In this document: piece by piece, positions 22,971 to 34,726 of the stretch
Numbering within the stretch: the stretch's first letter is position 1
Layout: every line of letters begins with the position of its first letter
Origin: Camelus dromedarius
Taxonomy: Eukaryota
Reading direction: 5' to 3'
Length of the DNA: 64,000 nt
NCBI RefSeq assembly: GCF_036321535.1
Contig: NC_087452.1
Location: 34,658,001 to 34,722,000, forward strand
Notes under the pieces: generated by a model
The model's input: only the letters and a program-made list of their open reading frames with translations
The model's database searches: none
What the model was told of the DNA's origin: nothing
Made by a program: the position numbers and the translations under genes

Positions 22971-23856
22971 ATTCATTTTTTTTATTGAAGTATTGTTGAG
23001 TTACAGCGTTATGTTAGTTTCTGGCATACAGCATAGTGATTCAGTTATACATGTATGTATTTCTTTTCATATTCTTCTTCAGTACAGGTTTTTACAGGAT
23101 AGTCAATATAGTTCTCTGTGCTATACAGTAGGACCTTGTGTGTCTATTTTACATATAGTAGCATCTGCTAATCCTGAACTCCCAGTTTATCCCTCCCCAC
23201 CCCTTTCCCACTCCTGGTAGCCATAAGTTTGTTGTCTATGTCTGTGAGTGTGTTTCTGTTTTGTAAATAAGTTCATTTGTGTCGTTTAAAAAGTCCACAT
23301 ATGAGTGATATCATGTAGTTTTTGTCTTTCTCTTCCTGGCTTATTCACTTAGTATGATAATGTCTGGGTCCATCCATGTCGCTGCAAAAGGCATTATTTT
23401 ATTCTTTCTTATGGCTGAGTAGTATTCCACTGTATATAAATACGACAGCCTCTTTATCCAGTCGATGGACATTTAGGCTGTTTCCATGTCGTGGCTATTG
23501 TAAACAGTGCTGCTATGAACATTGGGGTGCAGGTATCTTTTCGAATTAGAGTTTCCTCTGGATATATGCCCAGGGTTGCTGGATTATACAGTGAGTCTAT
23601 CTTTAGTTTTTAAAGGTCTCCACTGTTTTCAATCACAGTTTCACAAAATTACACTCCCATCAACAATGTAGGAGGGTTCCCTTTTCCCTAGACACTCTCC
23701 AGCATTTTAATAATGGCCATTCTGACCAGTATGAGTTGATACATTGCTGTAGCTTTGATTTGCATTTATCTGATAATTAGCCATATTGAGACTCTTTGCA
23801 CGTGACTATTGGCCATCTGTATGTCTTCATTGGGGAAATATCTGTTTAAGTCTTCA
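22971..23856 (-). mobile_element. 5'-truncated L1 with 15-bp TSD (one mismatch)
   Basis: GGACACGACATTTTT (22956-22970) and GGACAAGACATTTTT (23857-23871); ORF2 tail LNRYFPNEDIQMANSH. Empty site GGACAGGACATTTTTAG in paralogs near 14670 and 32030. Confidence 0.9.
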
Positions 23857-24490
23857 GGACAAGACATTTTTAGGTTGAGAAAGGCAGTGGAGAAGAATCC
23901 AGGAGAGGTGACAGATGGAGCGCAGCCCCTCACTGGCTGAGGGCTGAGTCTGGAGAGCAGGATGGAGGGTTCTTGACTGTCTGCCCAGGTGCTGGCTGAC
24001 TGCATCAGGCTTTGGTTGGAGGTGGTGCTGTCATCCATTCATCGAACTTTAACTAGATGCCTACTGGGTGCCAGGCGGTGTGTAGAGATGGAGGTTGTGT
24101 GGTGAATAAACTCCTTCAGCTTGATTCTCAGGAGGTCACAGTGAGGAGGCCGAGAGGGTTTAGGACACAGCCTGGTCCCTCCGTCTCCTGGAGGACTCAA
24201 CCCTCTGGAGCAACCCTGCTCATGAAACTGCCCCATGGGGCCCAGGAGAGGCCGAGATGCTGTGAGGGAGATGGAGAAACCATTTCTTCACCTTGCACAG
24301 GAGGCTGACTTCACCCACTGCCCAGCAATCCCCTGAGGCAAGAGCGGGGCCTGAGGCAAGTCCAGCTCACACCCTGGCCGGGGGCAGGGATGGGGCAGGT
24401 GGGGAAGGCTCCTGCTTGAGCAATTGCATCAGGCCCAGGCTGAGCATAAAGGAGGGTCCTGTGGGCTGGGAGGAGGCAGCCTCGGGGACC

Positions 24491-26357
24491 ATGGAGACCC
24501 AGAGGGCCAGCCTCTCCCTGGGCCGCTGGTCACTGTGGCTACTGCTGCTGGGACTAGCGGTGCCTTGGGCCAGCGCCCAGGCCCTGAGCTATAGGGAGGC
24601 GGTGCTTCGAGCTGTGGATCGCCTCAATGAGCAGTCCTCAGACCCCAATCTCTACCGCCTCCTGGAGCTGGACCTGCCGCCCAAGGCTGTGAGTCGGGGA
24701 GGGGCTGGGGAGGGAGGCGTCTCCCGCCAGGCTTGGCCACACTGTCCCTCCCTTTGCTCGTGCTGTACCTCCTGTCAGGAAGACACCTCTCCCTCTAGGT
24801 GGGATCCCACCTCTCACAGACATCCTCCCAGAGCTGGGTCCCCTCCCCTTGTGAGAGCCTTCTGCCTGGCATCTCTGCTGTGGGAACAGAGCCCTGACAG
24901 CCCTCTCAGGCACCAGGGACTCCTGGGGGGCTCCAGGGATACGCTGGGGTCACTGGCTCTGGGATGTGACTTCCCTGCTTCCAAACCCCTGTGCATGCCA
25001 TTGTCTCCCCACCAGAGAAGGGGTGTGCTCAGCCTGGAGATTCCAGTGACAAGGTCTTTCCCTGCAGGTGCCCCTGACTTCCCTCAGCCCCTCAAAGGGG
25101 GATGTGCTTCTCATGAGATGGGGTCTGAGGTCCCCTCCTGCTCCCTGTGTGCCTGGGAGCCCAGGACCAGGCTGTGTCCTCCTCCCCTCTACACCCAGCC
25201 CGCAGCCCAGGGCGAGGCACATGGGATGGGCTTTCAAGAGGGCTGTTCTGCTGCGGGGCAGGGACACAGGTCACCCAAGGAAGCATGAGCCTGAGCCAGT
25301 CTCCCCACTTCGATCCTTGAGCAGGACGAGGACCCAGACGCCCCAAAGCCTGTGAGCTTCACGGTGAAGGAGACCGTGTGTCCCAGGAGGACACAGCTGC
25401 CACCGGAGCAGTGTGACTTCAAGGAGAAAGGGGTGAGGCTGGGAGCTGAGAACGCTGGCGGATGCCTCCCAATGACCCGAACAAGAGGCTTCGGAGGGTG
25501 GTTAGCAGCCCCTGGGGTGAGGCTGTGTGTTTATGGCTCAGGGATTCCAGTCTGAACTGGAGGTTCCCCTTCCAGGTGGTGAAACAGTGTTTGGGGACAG
25601 TCACTCTGGACCAGGTCAAGGACCAAATAGACATCAGTTGTAATAAGGTGAGTGGCCCTTCTTGTTTTGAGCTGCTCTGGGGAGAGGTGTGGAACATCAT
25701 TTGGACCAGTTTTGTTCTTGTTCATTCAGGGCTTCCTACCCTGGCTCCCCCCTCACCTGAGCCCAAGTCTCCAGCCTGGGCTCTGCAATCCCTTGGAGCA
25801 GTGGTTTGTTCTCTAAGTGGCATTATCACCTGGGAACTATTGGAAAGGCAGCTTCTTAGTCCACATTCAGACCTACTGAGACAAAGTTGGGGTGGGTCCC
25901 AGAAATTTGTATTTTAAGAAGCCTTCCTGGGGATTCTGACTGTGCTGAAGTTTGAGAGGCACTGACTACAGTAATGGGATTTCTGCTTCTGCTTCTGTCC
26001 AGCTGTGGTGGCCAGTGATCCGGGGAGGCCTTGGCATCTCTGTGTCCTGGTTTTCTCATCTGTCTATGGGAGTAGGGATTCAACCACATGCTCCAAAGTT
26101 ATAGCCACAGAGTGAATGGGACCCAAGCCTCCAGGAGTGGCTCAGGAGTAGGATGTGTAGAAAGGGACCTGAATCATTTTGATTCTGGATCAGTACTGAC
26201 AAGAAGCCTGTTTCTTCCTGCTTCACAGCTCCAGAGTGTAAGGGGATTTTTTCCACCACCATTCCCACCTGGACCCTTCCCATTTCCCCCTTTCCCACCA
26301 ATCCCGCCAATACCACCATTTCCATTTCCGCGGCCATTTGTTAGAAGACGACGGTGA
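24491..26357 (+). CDS. CATHL: Cathelicidin gene 3, 168-aa precursor; predicted mature [38 protein letters not shown]
   Basis: Exons 24491-24688, 25325-25432, 25576-25647, 26229-26357 with GT-AG sites and four Cys. AATAAA at 26460-26465. Confidence 0.96.
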
Positions 26358-29300
26358 AGGATTGGCTGATACTTTGCCCATCAGAGGACTCTGCTGAATT
26401 GTGAGCCCCCGGAAGTCCTAAGGGTCTTCTTTATTCTGGCTCAGTGTTTCAGATTCTGAAATAAATTGTTCTGAAAACAACTTCCTCTGGTATCTCCCAC
26501 TTACTGTCACCAGGTCCTAAACGCTGGGAGGCCGAGGTTGTGTGTCGGTGTGTTTGCGTGTTTGTGTCTGTGAATGTGGTCACTTCCGTGAACGCAGAGA
26601 TGGGTGTGGCAGCTGTTCCTTCCAGGATGTCGGGGAGAGGCAGCAGGGCCGGGAGGGACAGGACAGGGCTCCATTCCCAGGAAACCCATGCCCTTCACAC
26701 TCCCCTGCACTCCTCCTCCTCCACCAAGTAGGGGCTTAAGGAGACCTAGTCTGTGTGCAGTGCTGCTGGGGATGCTGTTCCTGCTGGTATGGAGGTGACA
26801 GTCCAGGAGGACCAGGTGGCTTGTTAATCACTCAGGGAGACGCAGTTCACTCTCCTGCTGGTGGGCTCTAAGGTCAGCCTGCAGGTACAATATGCAGATT
26901 GTTCCACTTCCCTCACAATCTAAACTCTGCAAGAGCCAACCCTTCCTGGCTTTTGCTCTGGGCATTGAGACAATTCAGTCTTTCTCCTGCGGGGTCTCAG
27001 ATTTCAGGTGTGGGCTTGTGTTCAGGGATCCAATGGTACCACATTTGGCACCATTAGAAGGAAGCCTCCTGCTCATCGGGGTGAAGGGCTCTGCCTGAGT
27101 GAGAGACACACACAGTGACACACAGGCCACATGTCTGTTTGCCTGGGGGTTTCAGACACTGTCCCTGTCCTGCCCACTCCCCACTCTGTAGCTGACCTTT
27201 GCTGGGGGGCAGACTGGAATCACGGGGGAGGCGGCAGTCCCGGGAGCAGCCTCAACCAACCATCGCTGGGACTTTTCCCTCATTGGTGGAAACGTCTCTT
27301 CTGTTCCTCACTCCTTGGGGGGCCCACTCCCAGATGTGTCCCCCCTCCCTGAGGTCCCCAGCTGGGTGGAGCCCCTGTCCCCACTTCACTGACCTGTCTA
27401 TTGACTTGTCCTCTTCTGATGTCGATTCTGCCCGGTCTCACTTCCCTATTTTTCTGCTGGTGCTTCGAAGGAATCGCCTCCCAGAGCACCTGCTTCCTCT
27501 TGAATGCTGGCCTGAGCTCTGCTCCTGGGCCGACCTGCACCAACACACAGAGCCCCGTGTGTCAGAGGGACAGCGGGCGGGACCGCGCAGAGCATGGGCT
27601 CTGTAATCTGTCAGGCTCGTCTGTTCTTGGGGAGCAGGTGGGGCTGATTTGAGGCAGCTTAGAGGAACCCATGCTTCTCACTCTACGTCACCCCAGGTTG
27701 AGGCAGGAAACCTCACAGAGGAAACCCAGGGACTGTGTCGTGTCTCTGCCACAGCATACAAGACTGCAAGAGCTACTTGTTAAAATTTCAGGATTTTCTG
27801 AGTTGGTCATTAAACTCTTGGTCGCTTGAAATCTGCCTTGGTGGAAGAATTTACAGCATGGAAATCAGCAAATGCTACACGTCAGGCCCATCACAGCTGG
27901 TCCATCACTGTCCAACCTGAGAGAGGGCTCACTCATCAGGATGATATGGGCTGTGCTGATGTCATCTGTTTGCAGTTGTCTCCCAGGATTGCTGATCCTG
28001 CTTCAGGAGGGTGGGACATGGATGCTGATGGCTCTCAGGTGCCATAATCCACGGCTTCAAGGCCTCCCCAAGAGAAGCCTGGGGGTTTTGTCCTCTCTGC
28101 CCCCATTCTGTGGCTGGTGACTGACTATGAGGGGACATCAGAGCCCAGCCCCTGTCTCAGTCACTCCTAAAGCAGGGGTGCAATTCTGGTTCCTGGGCTT
28201 TTCTAGGTGAGGCTGAAGCTGGGCTCAGAGGGAGCACCTCTCTGCTCAGCTCCTTCCTCTGCACAACCCTGCTCTCCTCCCCCTCCTGCTGACCAAACCC
28301 CTCAATTAATCACATGACTCTGAATTCCCAGCTCAGGCCCTGCTTCTAGAGAACCGGCCTAGGATGGCGGTGGAGCTGTGTGGAGCCCGGCCAGCTCATC
28401 CCAGGTGGCTCGGGTGTGGGGCCTGACGTGGAGCTGAGAGAGAGGAGAGGCAGAGGTGTGCAGGGTAGGGGTGCGGGAGAGGGGTTGGGGCGGGGCAGCG
28501 CTGGCAGCCAAGGGGCCCTGAGGAGTTTACAAAGTGCTCAGAGTAGGACAGGAGGCCGAGAGCCCGGGGCGATGACTCCTAGTGGTTTCCCGGTGTTTGT
28601 GCAGATGTGGAGGCCACGGACCTCAGTGGGGGCAGCCTCAGAGATCTGGGGGCACAGAAGTCCCACGCAGTGAGGGGAGGAGAAGCAAGAGGTAAGGAAG
28701 AGGGGAGGCCATGAATGGGGACACACAGGGGCTTCTCCTTCCCCCAGACCCCCGCTGTGCCAGGGAGGGACACTGGGCTGTTATCAGGCAAGGTCCTTGT
28801 TGATGTGGCCCTTGACCCCCTCTTCTGAGGTCTCCAGAGTCATTTTCGGGGCCCCTATATGTGACAGGGCACTTCACATTGTCATGAATAGGGCAGAGAA
28901 AGAGAATTCTGAGGAGTATGGACATCTGAAAGCCATTGCTCCTCTGCCTGTGTGGCCCTAGGCAGAAGAAGAGATCTTTCTGGGCCTATGTCTATCTGTA
29001 ATTGGGACCCACATAGCCTAATTTGAGAGGATGGTCAATGGCTTAGCTCGAAAAACAAGGTCGAGTACCACATAGGGGCTGAATCTGAGGCGGAGGCTGA
29101 TGGAGTCTAGGAGACCATAGTTAGTCTGGGTCCATCTCAGGGCACAGATCTGGCTCGTGTGTCGGAGCAGGGACCCAGAGAGACACTTGGAATCCCCATC
29201 AGAACAGCAGGAGGGAAATACACGTCATTCTGTCCTGAGCGAGCAGAACTGGCCCGTCTGCACGAGCCTTTGGCGTCTGGTCCTTACTAGTCAGCAGCTG

Positions 29301-32300
29301 ACACAGTGGGGGGCCTCCAGGCTTGCTGTGCTCCGACTGAGGGATGCCCGTGCCAGTCACATCCCGAGTCCTGTTCCCCAGCCCCATGGACTCTCTAGCT
29401 TCCGCCCGAGAGTGGGGGTTCCTTGTGTCCCATTCGCACCCCGTGTTCTCCTGTGTGTCACTCTGCCCCTGTGCCTACCCAGCCAGAGCAGGGAAGGATG
29501 CTGACAGGGGAGACAGGGGTACACTGGGACTTTCAGGGCCCTGGCACTTCTATCTTCCTGGGCCTCTTCATTCACAGAATACTCTTAAAACTTGTATTAT
29601 ACAACTGCATTCATATAAACATGAATATAACCCAAGCTGCTTTTCATCTTATGTATTCATCAATATGTCAGTGTTTTCATCTGTGATTTTAAACAATTAA
29701 AAGTAAAACTTTCTGTGGATCCCTAGATGTCTCAGGGGCTAGGAACGCTGCCTAGTGTGCTGACCGATAAGTGGGTCCTGGCAGGTGACGATCCTGTAGG
29801 CGCCCAGACACGCCTGCAGACACTAAATGCCTTCTGCTGTCTTTTCCAGGATGACTTAACCTCGTGGTTCTCTTTCAGCTCCTAGTTTCAGCTGAATTGG
29901 TCCATGGGAAAGAGGAAGCTGATCCTGAGCGGAGGGTCCTGACACTCACCCTCGACCCAAATCCCTGCCTTCACAGCACCATGGCTGCCATCGCAGGTCC
30001 CTGCAGAGGGTAGGGGGTAGGGGCTGAATCCTACCCCTTGTCCCTGTGAAAAGGACAGGTGGTGGGTCATTGAGGGGCATGACTCCATGTCCCCAGTCTG
30101 TCATTTTTTGAGTAGGAGGTCCTTGATGGAATGACGTAGCCCATGGGTCTCATTTTCCTCATCAAATGGGCAGTCAGAGCTGGTGGAGATTTTCAAGGTT
30201 AGGGACACAGTTTGGGGTTCTGGTCCAGTTCCATTGCTTTGGGGTCTCTGCAGTCTCACAGACAGGAAGGATGGTTGGGAGGAGAAAAGGAGCTGGGCCG
30301 TCCAGATCATGGCTCATTTCCTGAGGTTGTTAGCACGACGGGTGCATGAGGGTTTCTCAAGGATCAGATGTGGAGTCAGGGGCCAACCATCCTGGGGACA
30401 AGGGCAGAGGGGCCTTTCCTGAGAACACGTCTGCTCTGACAGGCTATGAGGACAAACCAGGAAAGTCAGATGCTAGAGGCAGGGACAGCACACCCCCATC
30501 CAGGCAGTTGTAGTCTGAGGACCTGACAGGCAACATTCCAAGGACCCAGACTGCGGTCTAAAGTCTGAGCAAACGCAAAGGTGCAGAGGCAGGAAAGCAC
30601 AGAGAGCATTTCAAGGGGATCTGATACCCGGTCACCGTGGGTATTGCTAGTTATTTTCTACTGCAATCACCTCCTTTTCTTCCTCCTTCTTGGGAAAAGG
30701 ATACAGCTTGACCAAGAGGCCACTGGGGCAACACCCGGACTGTGACACCAGGTTGCACAGAAGCCCCTCTCTCCTTCCTTCTCGAAGGGTGAGTGCGAAA
30801 CCAGCACATCCGACCAGGCTGTTACCTTCTGAGGTGCCCCATTGAGTTGCCCAGAGTCCACAGGTCACAGATAGCCATGGCCTATCCTAGGCCTTCAGTC
30901 TCAGGGCCATTCCATGGGACACTGGATTAGAATTGGCATCTGGTCTCTGGGATCCTCTAACACATCGGCTCATTCACTTTCCCAGCTGGACCCCCTCCTC
31001 CTCCCTCTCTGGCCACTCCATCCTGGTGTCTCAACCTGAGCCTTGGAGAGGGAGTACCTTGGGGACAAGTCAGAAGAGACTTTGTGAGGCTGTGGGAGCT
31101 AAGATGGGGAGTTGCTGTTTCTCTGGTTGAAGGTCAGATAAGGCTTCACAAAACGAAAAGTCACGGCAGCCAGAGGGATCAGGTGTAGCGATATGAGAAG
31201 AGCAGAGGCTCCGAGGGGCCTGAGAGGTTGGGGTGGACGTGGCGGCCTGACACAGGGTTTTGCAGGTGAGCACCTGAGGACAACCTGATCCAGACCCTGA
31301 GCCACTGACTCAAGGCGGGAGGTTTGATGGACCCCTGGACAATGGCAGGGAACACTGGGCTGTGGTGTGGGAAGAGCCTGGAACCAGAAAAGGTGGAGTC
31401 TGGAGGTTGTGGCTACACTTCAGAGGAGAGGGGATGGTGGTAGGACAGGGCAGGGGTGACAGTGGGGACAGGGAGGGCCCTCAGAGGAAGGAGCAGGTGG
31501 GGGTTCCCAGGCTCTCAGCTCAGGGCTCCCGAAAGGGCTCCTAGCCAACAGCCCCAGACAGCCCTGTGCTGACAACCAGGGGTGTTCACAGGAGTGTTGC
31601 CTCAGACACACAGACCAGTGATGTGTGTCCCTGATAACTAGTATCTGAGGAAGGGATGTGCCCAGAATGCATGAGAACTGCTTTGAGAAGCTGTACAGAT
31701 CACGTGTGCAAGCCCTGCAGTAAAAGTTTTATTAAAAGTTGAGTACTTAGATTAGACAGAGCAGGAGGCACCCGGGAGGCCAGGAAGTGGACCCAGGAAG
31801 GTGGTCCCAGGGGAGAATGGGGGAGGGGGCAGTTTCAGTAGACAGAGGGGTCCCTGGCACCTGTGAAGGCAAGGACAAGGCTTCAGCATGCCCTTTGTAT
31901 CATTCGAAAGCTGTTAAGCAGGCATGGACCTTGAGTTGAAAGAGGACAAATAGTGGGGTCAGAGTGTAGATGAGCCTTCTCTTACTGGCTGTCTGGGTAA
32001 GGGGAACAGTGTGCATCTGGAAGGGGCTGGGACAGGACATTTTTAGAGTGAAGAAGGCAAAGGAGAAGAATCCAGAAGAGGGGACAGTGGAGGAGATGCC
32101 CTGACTGGCTGAGGGCTGGGTCCGCAGAATAGGACGGTGTGGCCCTGATGTCTGCCTAGGGAGTGGATGGGCGTGAAAGGCACTAGATGGGGGTGGTCCT
32201 GCCATCTATTCATCATATGTTAACTGAGTGCCTGTTGGGGACCAGGAGGCCCAGGAGCTGGAGGTTGTGTGGTGAATACACTCTTTCAGCCTGATTCAGA

Positions 32301-32659
32301 GGAGGTCACAGTGAGGAGGCCGAGAGGGTGTAGGACACAGCCTGCTCCCTCCGTCTCCTGGAGGATTCATCCTTCTGGAGTAACACTGCCCAAAAAACTC
32401 CCCATGGGGCCCAGGAGAGGCCAAGATGTTGTCAGAGAGATGGAGAAACCATTTCTTCACCTTGCACAGGAGGCAGACCTCACCCACTGCCCAGCAATCC
32501 CCTGAGGCAAGAGCGGGGCCTGAGGCAAGTCCAGCTCACACCCTGGCCGGGGGCAGGGATGGGGCAGGTGGGGAAGGCTCCTGCTTGAGCAATTGCATCA
32601 GGCCCAGGCTGAGCATAAAGGAGGGTCCTGTGGGCTGGGAGGAGGCAGACTCGGGGACC

Positions 32660-34547
32660 ATGGAGACCCAGAGGGCCAGCCTCTCCCTGGGCCGCTTGTC
32701 ACTGTGGCTATTGCTGCTGGGACTAGCGGTGCCTTGGGCCAGCGCCCAGGCCCTGAGCTATAGGGAGGCGGTGCTTCGAGCTGTGGATCGCCTCAATGAG
32801 CAGTCCTCAGACCCCAATCTCTACCGCCTCTTGGAGCTGGACCTGCCGCCCAAGGCTGTGAGTCCGGGAGGGGCTGGGGAGGGAGGCGTCTCCCGCCAGG
32901 CTTAGCCACACTGTCCCTCCTTTTGCTCGCGCTGTACCTCCTGTCAGGAAGGCACCTCTCCCTCTAAGTGGGATCCCACTCTACAGAAATCTTCCCAGAG
33001 CTGGGTCCCCTCCCGTTGTGAGAGCCTTCTGCCTGGCATCTCTGCTGTGGGAACAGAGCCCAGACAGTCCGCTCAGGCTCCAGGGACTCCTGGGGGCTCC
33101 AGGGATACGCTGGGGTCACTGGCTCTGGGATGTGACTTCCCTGCTTCCAATCCCCTGTGCAACCCATTGTCTCCCCACCAGGGAAGGGCTGTGCTCAGCC
33201 TGGGGGGTTCCAGTGACAAGGTCTTTCCCTGCAGGTGTCCCATGACTTCCCTCAGCCCCTCCAAGGGGAGCTGCCCCTCAGGAGAGCGGGTCTGAGGTCC
33301 CCTCCTGCTCCCTGTGTGCCTGGGAGCCCAGGACCAGGCTGTGACCTCCTCTCCTCTGCACCCAGCTCCCAGCCCAGGGCCAGGCACATGGACAGGCTCT
33401 CAAAGGGGCTTGTTATCCTGGGGGCAGGGGGATATGTCACACATAGAAGCATGAGCCTGAGCCAGTCTCCCCACTTTGATCCTTCAGCAGGACGAGGACC
33501 TAGATGCCCCAAAGCCTGTGAGCTTCACGGTGAAGGAGACCGTGTGTCCCAGGAGGACACTGCTGCCACCGGAGCAGTGTGACTTCAAGGAGAATGGGGT
33601 GAGGTTGGGGGCTTAGGGCGCTGGTGGGTGCCTCCCAAGACCCGAACAGAAGGCTTGGGGCGGGTGGTCGTTAGCAGCCCCTGGGGTGAGGAAGGGTGTT
33701 TATGGCTCAGGGGTTCCAGTGTGACCTGAAGTCTCCCCTTCCAGGTGGTGAAACAGTGTTTGGGGACAGTCAACCTGTACCAGCTCAGAGACAACTTCGA
33801 TATAACATGTAATGAGGTGAGTGACCCCTTCTGGGCTGCAGAAGCTATTGGTGGAGGTGGTGTGTGGAACAGCCTTTGGGCCAATTCCCCTCTGTGCCAT
33901 CCCTGTAGCGACAGGAGAGCACTCCTCCCCTGGCTCGCCCTCATCCGAGCCCCAGGTCTCCAGGCCGGGCTCTGCAATCCCTTAGAGCAGTGGTTCTCTC
34001 ATTGGGATCCCCACTTGGCAACTAGAGAAAAAGGCTGATTCTCAGGCATGACTCAGACCTACGGAAGCACTGTCTGTGTTGGAGCCCAGTAATTTCTATT
34101 TTAAGAGCCCTTCTGAAGGATTTCTGAGTGTGCTGAAGCTTGAGAGGCAGTGACTATAGACAGGACCTTTCTGCCCCTGTTCCCGTACAGCTTTTCTGAG
34201 ATGGGTTTGTGCCCCTGGGAAGCCCCCTGTCATCTCTGGACCTTGGTCCTCATCTGTCTGTGGGAGAGATGATTCAACCACGTGCTCCAAGTGACACAGA
34301 CAAGGAGGTCAAATGGTGCCTTAACTCTCCTTCGGTGTTCCAAGATGGAAGATTTTCAGGTGGGGAGGGATCTGGTCTTGTCCCTAAGTCAGTCCTCACA
34401 AGAATCCTGTTTTTTTCTGCTGCACAGCTCCAAAGTGTTGGGTTATTTGGCCGGATTCGTGATTCCATCCGTAACCGTGTGAACAGGGTTCGAGATGCGA
34501 TTGGGAAAGTAATCGGATACGTTGGTGATAAAATTCGCCCAGGGTAG
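32660..34547 (+). CDS. CATHL: Cathelicidin gene 4, 165-aa precursor; predicted mature [34 protein letters not shown](-G), BMAP-34/PMAP-37-like
   Basis: Exons 32660-32857, 33491-33598, 33745-33816, 34428-34547 with GT-AG sites. AATAAA at 34595-34600. Confidence 0.96.
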
Positions 34548-34671
34548 AGTCCTAATGATCACCTAACTCTGGCTCAGTTGTTCAAACTCTGGAAAATAAA
34601 TTCTTATGAATTTCAAATTCACCTATCTCTTGTCCTACTCTTACCAGGGGTCCTTAACCGCCATTGCCCTC

Positions 34672-34672
<1 letters not shown>

Positions 34673-34724
<52 letters not shown>
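34673..34724. repeat. (TG)26 microsatellite 3' of gene 4
   Basis: Direct reading. Orthologous TG-rich tracts follow genes 2 (about 17312), 3 (about 26540), 5 (about 41990) and 6 (about 57158); others at about 57847 and 61207-61260. Confidence 0.95.
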
Positions 34725-34726
<2 letters not shown>

